Positions 18,765 through 26,513 of a stretch of DNA of 26,513 nucleotides are shown here, in pieces. This DNA comes from Alphaproteobacteria bacterium (GTDB lineage: Bacteria; Pseudomonadota; Alphaproteobacteria; UBA6615). Below the pieces are notes generated by a model. The model did not search any database, was not told the DNA's origin, and was given only the letters and a program-made list of their open reading frames with translations. The stretch lies in contig CBDHEC010000037.1 in assembly GCA_965261975.1 (NCBI GenBank), positions 1 through 26,513 of the forward strand, in the 5' to 3' direction. The translations under genes were made by a program, and so were the position numbers. The stretch's first letter is position 1. Each line of letters starts with the position of its first letter.

Positions 18765-19915
18765 CGTCCGGGGATTTCGATGTTCACCACGGCCATCATG
18801 CCCGGGCGCAACACGCCTTGCGTCTCTTCGATGGCGATGCGCACGGGCAGGCGTTGGGTCACCTTGGTGAAGTTGCCGCTCGGGTTCGGGTTCGGCAGCA
18901 GCGCGAACTCGCTGGTTGCCGCCTGACCGATGCGCGCGATGGTGCCGCTGAACTGCCGATCGGGGAAGGCGTCAATCTTGACCTCGACGGCCATGCCGGG
19001 TGCGAGATGGCGGATGTCCGTCTCCTTGATGTTCGCCTCGACCCAGACCAGATCGGGATTGTGCACGAGCATCAGACGTTGGCCGGGGCTCACGAATTCT
19101 CCGCGGTCGACGAAGGTTTCCGAGACCACGCCATCGATCGGGCTCTTGATGGTCCGGTCGGCCGCGTCGAGCGCCTGCTGGTCGCGCTGCGCCGCGATTT
19201 CGGCCTCCTCGTGCCGCAGCGCGTCCATGCGGCTCGCTAGCACGTTCATTTCGCCGCGCTCGGCTTCGGCCTCGCCGACATCGGCCAGGGCGGCGGCCAG
19301 GTCGGCTTGCGCCTTCTGGTGTCTTTCCTGCGCACGGCTCAACGCGGTGTGAACCTGGTCCAGCCGCTGGCGCGAGACGATCTGCTCGGCCAGCAATGTG
19401 CGGGTTCGTTCGAAATCGGTGCGTGCGAACTCAAACTGTTCGCGGCTGGCCTCCACGGCGACCCGCGCCGCGTCGGCCCGGGAACGTACCGCTTCCACCC
19501 GGCTGGTCGTGGTGCGGTCGATCAGGTCGATCTGGGATGTGATTTGCTGGCGCGCCGCCGCCAGCGCCGCGATGCGCGCGCCATACTCGGTCAGTTTGAG
19601 TTGGGATTCCCGGGAATCGATCTCGACCAGAAGTTCACCGCGGCGAACTTTATCGCCTTCGATGATCGGCAAATCGACGACCCAGCCCGACACGCGACTG
19701 GAAATCGCGATCGTATCTGCCTGGATGCGGGCGTCGGTTTCGCTGACATGGGCCCACTGCCAATAACCCCACCGGCCGGCACCGACAACGGCGGCGAGGA
19801 CGATGGCGACGAAAACCAGGTAGCGGATGCGGGAGCCGACACGTCGCGGCGCCACCATCGCTGTTTCCGCGCCGGCGTCAGTCTCTGGTCGTTGCAGACG
19901 TCCTTCGTCGGGCAT
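18761..19915 (-). CDS. EmrA/HlyD-family membrane fusion protein
   Basis: Single N-terminal TM segment, ISSRVSG...EGD.V.RG.LL, coiled-coil, I.SPIDGVV, WVEANIKET and FALLP..N.SGNFTKVTQRLPVRI. Confidence 0.93.
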   Translation of the reverse strand: MPDEGRLQRPETDAGAETAMVAPRRVGSRIRYLVFVAIVLAAVVGAGRWGYWQWAHVSETDARIQADTIAISSRVSGWVVDLPIIEGDKVRRGELLVEIDSRESQLKLTEYGARIAALAAARQQITSQIDLIDRTTTSRVEAVRSRADAARVAVEASREQFEFARTDFERTRTLLAEQIVSRQRLDQVHTALSRAQERHQKAQADLAAALADVGEAEAERGEMNVLASRMDALRHEEAEIAAQRDQQALDAADRTIKSPIDGVVSETFVDRGEFVSPGQRLMLVHNPDLVWVEANIKETDIRHLAPGMAVEVKIDAFPDRQFSGTIARIGQAATSEFALLPNPNPSGNFTKVTQRLPVRIAIEETQGVLRPGMMAVVNIEIPGR

Positions 19916-20063
19916 GCCATCTCCGAACAGATCGCCGGGCCTGGTCGGGCGGAACGATCAGATGAACTGTATGTCCGGGTTATTCTGTATTGGAGCGGAA
20001 CACGAAACAACTACGCATGCAAAAAGCGCATGGCTGTTGTGTGGCGTTCGCCCGGTCCGGTGA

Positions 20064-21497
20064 TCAGACCGCGGTGCCACCGACGGTGAGGGATTCCAGA
20101 TACATCGTCGGCTGCCCGACACCGACCGGAACCGACTGTCCGTCCTTGCCGCAGGTCCCGACACCGTCGTCGAGGCGCGAATCGTTGCCGATCAGCTTCA
20201 CGCGGGTCAGCGCGTCGGGGCCGTTGCCGATGAGGGTTGCGCCCTTGACCGGCGCGCCGAGCTTGCCGTCCTCGATCATGTAGGCCTCGGTGCAGCTGAA
20301 CACGAATTTGCCGTTGGTGATGTCGACCTGGCCGCCGCCGAAGTTCACGGCATAGATTCCGGTCTTTGCGGCCTTGATGCATTCCTCGGGGTCTGCCTCG
20401 CCGTCGAGCATGTAGGTGTTGGTCATCCGCGGCATCGGGTTGTGGGCGAAGGATTGCCGCCGTCCATTACCGGTGGGTTCCATGCCCATCAACCGCGCGT
20501 TCATGCGGTCTTGCATGTAGTTCTTCAGGATGCCGTCCTCGATCAGCACATTGTAGGCGCTCGGCGTACCTTCATCATCGATGGTGATCGAACCGCGCCG
20601 GTCGGCAAGTGTGCCGTCATCGACCACGGTCACCCCGGGCGCGGCGACCCGTTCGCCGAGGAGGGACGAGAAGGCCGAGGTCTTCTTGCGGTTGAAGTCG
20701 CCCTCGAGGCCGTGACCGATCGCCTCGTGGAGCAACACACCCGGCCAGCCCGGGCCGAGGACGACGGGCATTTCGCCGGCGGGCGCGGGCACCGAATCCA
20801 GATTGACCAGCGCCTGCCTCAGGGCCTCGTCGACCTGTGACTGCCAGTTTTCCGGTGAAATCCATTGGTCGTATATGGCTCGGCCGCCGACACCCTGCGA
20901 GCCGGTTTCCTGGCGGTCGCCATCGCCGACCATGACGGAGACATTGAGGCGGACGAGGGGGCGGATGTCGGCGCGCCGATCGCCGCCGGCCCGCACGATC
21001 TGTACGGCTTGCCAGCTTCCCGACAGGGATGCGGTGACCTGGCGCACGCGCGGGTCGCTCCCACGTGCATAGGCGTCGATTTCGGACAGGAGGGCAACCT
21101 TGTCCTCGAAGGCCATCTCGCCCAGCGGGTTGGTATCGGTGTAGAGGTCGCGGTTGGTGCCGGCGGGGGAGTCTGCCACCGTGCCGCTGCGGCCCGTTCG
21201 CACGGCGCTCACCGTGTCGCCCGCGCGCGTGATGGCGGCTTCGCTCATTTCTGTTGAATGGGCATAACCGGTTGCCTCGCCGGAGACGGCGCGCAGGCCG
21301 AAGCCCTGGGAGGTATCGAAATTGGCGTTTCTTACGCGCCCGTCGTCGAAGGTGATGCTCTCGGATTGATTGTATTCGAGAAACAACTCGCCATCGTCCG
21401 CGCCTTCGAGTGCGTTATCGACCCGCGCGACCACCCGTTCGGGGTCCATGCCGGTTCGTGCGTAGAAGATATCGTCGGTGCGGGCAATGTCGGTCAT
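20064..21497 (-). CDS. tldD: Metalloprotease TldD
   Basis: GFGLRAV.GE..GYAHS, DIRPLVRLNV, LLHEAIGHGLEGDFNRK, PRMTNTYM and CGKDGQ. ATG 21497 gives 477 aa. Confidence 0.97.
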   Translation of the reverse strand: MTDIARTDDIFYARTGMDPERVVARVDNALEGADDGELFLEYNQSESITFDDGRVRNANFDTSQGFGLRAVSGEATGYAHSTEMSEAAITRAGDTVSAVRTGRSGTVADSPAGTNRDLYTDTNPLGEMAFEDKVALLSEIDAYARGSDPRVRQVTASLSGSWQAVQIVRAGGDRRADIRPLVRLNVSVMVGDGDRQETGSQGVGGRAIYDQWISPENWQSQVDEALRQALVNLDSVPAPAGEMPVVLGPGWPGVLLHEAIGHGLEGDFNRKKTSAFSSLLGERVAAPGVTVVDDGTLADRRGSITIDDEGTPSAYNVLIEDGILKNYMQDRMNARLMGMEPTGNGRRQSFAHNPMPRMTNTYMLDGEADPEECIKAAKTGIYAVNFGGGQVDITNGKFVFSCTEAYMIEDGKLGAPVKGATLIGNGPDALTRVKLIGNDSRLDDGVGTCGKDGQSVPVGVGQPTMYLESLTVGGTAV

Positions 21498-21541
21498 GGG
21501 GCGATGTTCGCTCGAGCTTGGGATGAGAAATTCGTCCCAAC

Positions 21542-21569
21542 AATATGGGACTTGGATCAAGATTGTCAG
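21542..21569 (-). promoter_or_regulatory. Candidate promoter for tldD
   Basis: The minus strand reads CTGACA-N16-CATATT, about 45 bp upstream of the ATG. The CCCATAT context also resembles an RpoH -10 element. Confidence 0.3.
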
Positions 21570-21678
21570 CCTTCGCCGCTCAACAATCGGTGGGGTCGAA
21601 TTTTTTGTTTTACCGTCGCACCCGACCGGCGGGCCGTTTGGCGCCGAATTGTTTGTACAATCAGGGATTTGCGGCGCT

Positions 21679-21693
21679 GCGACAAGGTGTCTC
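21679..21693. promoter_or_regulatory. Candidate RegA/PrrA/RegR-type binding site
   Basis: GCGAC-aaggt-GTCTC has one mismatch to GCGRC-N5-GTCGC and lies upstream of the cox operon. Confidence 0.4.
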
Positions 21694-21720
21694 AAGGCTG
21701 TAAATCGCGTGGCCTGTGAC

Positions 21721-21749
21721 TTGTTGAGGGCGATGCGCTGGGCTATTTT
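21721..21749 (+). promoter_or_regulatory. Candidate sigma70 promoter for the cox operon
   Basis: TTGTTG-N17-TATTTT, about 80 bp upstream of coxB. Confidence 0.3.
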
Positions 21750-21831
21750 TCGCCCCGTCCAATGGGCTATAGGGGGTTGTCCGCCGTGCGAGGTGATTCG
21801 CGGGGGCGGTCGACCAGATGGAAGCGAGCGA

Positions 21832-24371
<2,540 letters not shown>

Positions 24372-24409
24372 GGGTTCGCAGGTTCGATTTTCGAACATGG
24401 AGTTGAGCA

Positions 24410-25342
24410 TTGGCTGATGCCGCGTATCTGAATCGGGCAAACGAGACCGCGCTACCCGTGGCGTCGGCCTCGAGCGTCTCGGATTTCGGCGCGTTGCTGA
24501 AGCCGCGCGTGATGACGCTCGTGGTGTTCTCCGGCGCCGTCGGATTGTTCATTGCCCCTGGTACCCTGCATCTCTTGCTCGCGATTGTTGCGATCTTGTG
24601 TATCGCCGTTGGCTCGGGCGCGGCGGGTGCCATCAATATGTGGTACGAGCGAGATATCGATGCGCTGATGTCGCGCACCGCAAACCGGCCTCTGCCGGCC
24701 GGACGCATCGCACCGGGTGATGCGCTTGGGTTCGCGACCGTGTTGGCGGTGTTCTCGGTCGTCCTGATGGGCTTCACGACCAACTGGGCGGCCGCCGGAC
24801 TGCTGGCGGTAGCGATCCTTTTCTATGTCTTCGTCTACACGGTCTGGCTCAAGCGGCGGACACCGCAGAATATTGTTATCGGCGGCGCGGCCGGCGCGTT
24901 TCCGCCGATGATCGGCTGGGCGGCTGTCACCGGTGATGTCAGCCTCGTCTCCTTGAGCCTGTTTGCCATCATATTCCTGTGGACGCCGCCTCATTTCTGG
25001 GCGCTCGCGCTTTACAGGAGTGGTGACTACGAACGCGCGGGCGTGCCGATGATGCCGGTGGTCGCGGGTCGACAGTCGACGAAGCGCCAGATGCTGGCCT
25101 ACACCCTGGTGCTGGTGCCGGTGAGCCTGGCGCCGTTCGCCCTCGGTGCGGCGGGGCTTCTGTACGCAATTGGCGTCGGCGCTCTTGGTGTCGCCTTCAT
25201 CGCCATTTCGTGGCGGGTGCTGTGCGAGCCGGATGCCGGTGAAGACAAGCGCGCACGCCAGATGTTCGGTTTCTCAATTCTTTATCTGTTTCTCGTATTC
25301 GCGCTTTTGCTGGCAGATTCACTCCTCGGACTGGCGGGGTAG
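24410..25342 (+). CDS. ctaB: Protoheme IX farnesyltransferase (heme O synthase)
   Basis: [43 protein letters not shown] and [12 protein letters not shown] start with an upstream GGAG. Confidence 0.96.
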   Translation: MADAAYLNRANETALPVASASSVSDFGALLKPRVMTLVVFSGAVGLFIAPGTLHLLLAIVAILCIAVGSGAAGAINMWYERDIDALMSRTANRPLPAGRIAPGDALGFATVLAVFSVVLMGFTTNWAAAGLLAVAILFYVFVYTVWLKRRTPQNIVIGGAAGAFPPMIGWAAVTGDVSLVSLSLFAIIFLWTPPHFWALALYRSGDYERAGVPMMPVVAGRQSTKRQMLAYTLVLVPVSLAPFALGAAGLLYAIGVGALGVAFIAISWRVLCEPDAGEDKRARQMFGFSILYLFLVFALLLADSLLGLAG

Positions 25343-25349
25343 GGCGGCC

Positions 25350-25481
25350 ATGGCGAAACGGGAATACAGCGAACGGCATCGCGAACAGCGCGGAAAAAAC
25401 TACGCGATGTTGGCTGTCATCGGCGGCCTGATCCTGATCTTCTATCTCGTGTTTCTTGCACGCGCGGGGTTGCTGGGATGA
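25350..25481 (+). CDS. Small single-TM membrane protein in the cox operon (CoxF-like position)
   Basis: 43 aa, MAKREYSERHREQRGKNYAMLAVIGGLILIFYLVFLARAGLLG. It fills the ctaB-ctaG gap and its stop overlaps the ctaG start (ATGA). Confidence 0.75.
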   Translation: MAKREYSERHREQRGKNYAMLAVIGGLILIFYLVFLARAGLLG

Positions 25482-26095
25482 GCATGGCTGAGAAGAGATC
25501 CCTCCGCGGCCGGCGCAACCGGTATGTATTTGCCGGTGTATTTGCCGTGATTGTGGGCATGAACGGTTTCGCCTACGCGACCGTGCCGGCCTATCGCGCC
25601 TTCTGTCAGAAGTTCGGTTTTGCCGGCATCCCGCTCGTCGAGGCAAATGCGCCGCAGTCGGAAGAAATTCTTACGGACCGGCCCATTACCATCCGTTTCA
25701 ACAGCGATATCGAGCCCGCGCTCGATTGGCGCTTCAAGCCCTTGCAGCGCACAGTCGATTTGCATGTCGGCGAGTCGGGCCTGGCGTTTTTTGAGGCGTC
25801 CAACCGGCATCATGATGACGTTACCGGGACCGCAACCTTCAATGTCACCCCGCTCAAGGCGGCGCCGTACTTCGTGAAGATCGAGTGTTTCTGTTTCACG
25901 GAGCAGACGCTTTCGGCGGGCGAAACAGTCCAGATGCCGGTCACCTTCTTCGTCGACCCCGCCATTGCGGAAGACCAGAACCTCGACGATGTGACCGAAA
26001 TAACCCTGAGTTACACTTTCTTCCGCGACCGTGACGCCGATGCCGAACGCAAGGCGGCGGCGTTGCAGAAGACCGAAAACACACGAGTGAACTGA
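25478..26095 (+). CDS. ctaG: Cytochrome c oxidase copper chaperone CtaG/Cox11
   Basis: N-terminal TM segment, VP.Y..FC, G.ATFNVTP, YF.KIECFCFTEQ, MPVTFFVDP and ITLSYTFF. Confidence 0.96.
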   Translation: MSMAEKRSLRGRRNRYVFAGVFAVIVGMNGFAYATVPAYRAFCQKFGFAGIPLVEANAPQSEEILTDRPITIRFNSDIEPALDWRFKPLQRTVDLHVGESGLAFFEASNRHHDDVTGTATFNVTPLKAAPYFVKIECFCFTEQTLSAGETVQMPVTFFVDPAIAEDQNLDDVTEITLSYTFFRDRDADAERKAAALQKTENTRVN

Positions 26096-26148
26096 TACCT
26101 GTCAAAAGTCCGGACCAGGAATATCCGGCGCAATAGTGAGACAAGCAT

Positions 26149-26513
26149 ATGAGTGATCACGCACACGACGAATCACACGGCAACCACCCCTACCACATGG
26201 TTGAACCGAGCCATTGGCCGATTGTCGGGTCGATTGCCGGACTGCTGATGGCCTTCGGCCTCGTGTTTGCCATGCATCCGGGGTCTCTGGGCGCCGGGCT
26301 GCAGCCGTTCCTCGAGACCCTGGGTTACTGGACTGTCGCCCCGGGTGGCATCCTCGCCATGATGACCATGATGGGCTGGTGGCGTGACGTCATCGACGAA
26401 GCGCATGTGCAGAAGATGCACACCAAGGTCGTGCAGCTCAGCCTGCGTTACGGCATGATGCTGTTCATCATCTCCGAGGTGATGTTCTTCGCGGCCTGGT
26501 TCTGGGCGTTCTT
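26149..26513 (+). CDS. coxC: Cytochrome c oxidase subunit III, runs off the window
   Basis: Not in the ORF track. Manual translation gives ...HPYHMVEPSHWP...WWRDVIDEA...HT.VV...LRYGMMLFIISEVMFFAAWFWAF. Confidence 0.96.
   Translation, partial: MSDHAHDESHGNHPYHMVEPSHWPIVGSIAGLLMAFGLVFAMHPGSLGAGLQPFLETLGYWTVAPGGILAMMTMMGWWRDVIDEAHVQKMHTKVVQLSLRYGMMLFIISEVMFFAAWFWAF

Noticed and set aside
19952-20011. Possible alphaproteobacterial LexA boxes upstream of the emrA-like gene
   Set aside because: The spacings are GAAC-N8-GAAC and GAAC-N6-CAAC, not the required GAAC-N7-GAAC.
9800-21497. TldD/PmbA plus an efflux pump as a RiPP (microcin-like) cluster
   Set aside because: There is no precursor peptide, YcaO, radical SAM or other maturase. 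Both genes sit among housekeeping genes about 9 kb apart.
21547-21560. FNR-like site in the tldD/cox intergenic region
   Set aside because: Only the ATCAA half-site is present, with no correctly spaced TTGAT partner.
21478-21831. Overlapping long N-terminal extensions of tldD and coxB in the ORF track
   Set aside because: These come from picking the longest ORF. Family-like sequence starts at 21497 (tldD) and 21832 (coxB), and the interval looks like a promoter region.

Overview
A GC-rich, gene-dense stretch of core chromosome, most consistent with an alphaproteobacterium (inferred from gene order and protein types). Left to right: purD (partial), divergent xseA plus an M23 peptidase, an msbA-waaA-lpxK lipid A/Kdo operon, a Zn-ribbon SAM methyltransferase plus a CMD/AhpD-like gene, two paralogous MAPEG genes flanking pmbA (tldE), a ubiD broken by three small frameshifts, a gamma-glutamylcyclotransferase-like gene, ubiA, rsmE, gshA, an EmrAB-type efflux pair, tldD, and an aa3-type cytochrome c oxidase operon (coxB-coxA-ctaB-small ORF-ctaG-coxC, partial). 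I see no RNA genes, mobile elements, CRISPR arrays or defence systems, and no clear-cut novel system. The best leads are the duplicated MAPEG pair with nearby glutathione-related genes, the triple-frameshifted ubiD (probably a consensus error), a possible beta-clamp-binding tail on XseA, and several proteins with substituted signature residues. All calls come from reading motifs by eye, with no searches run.
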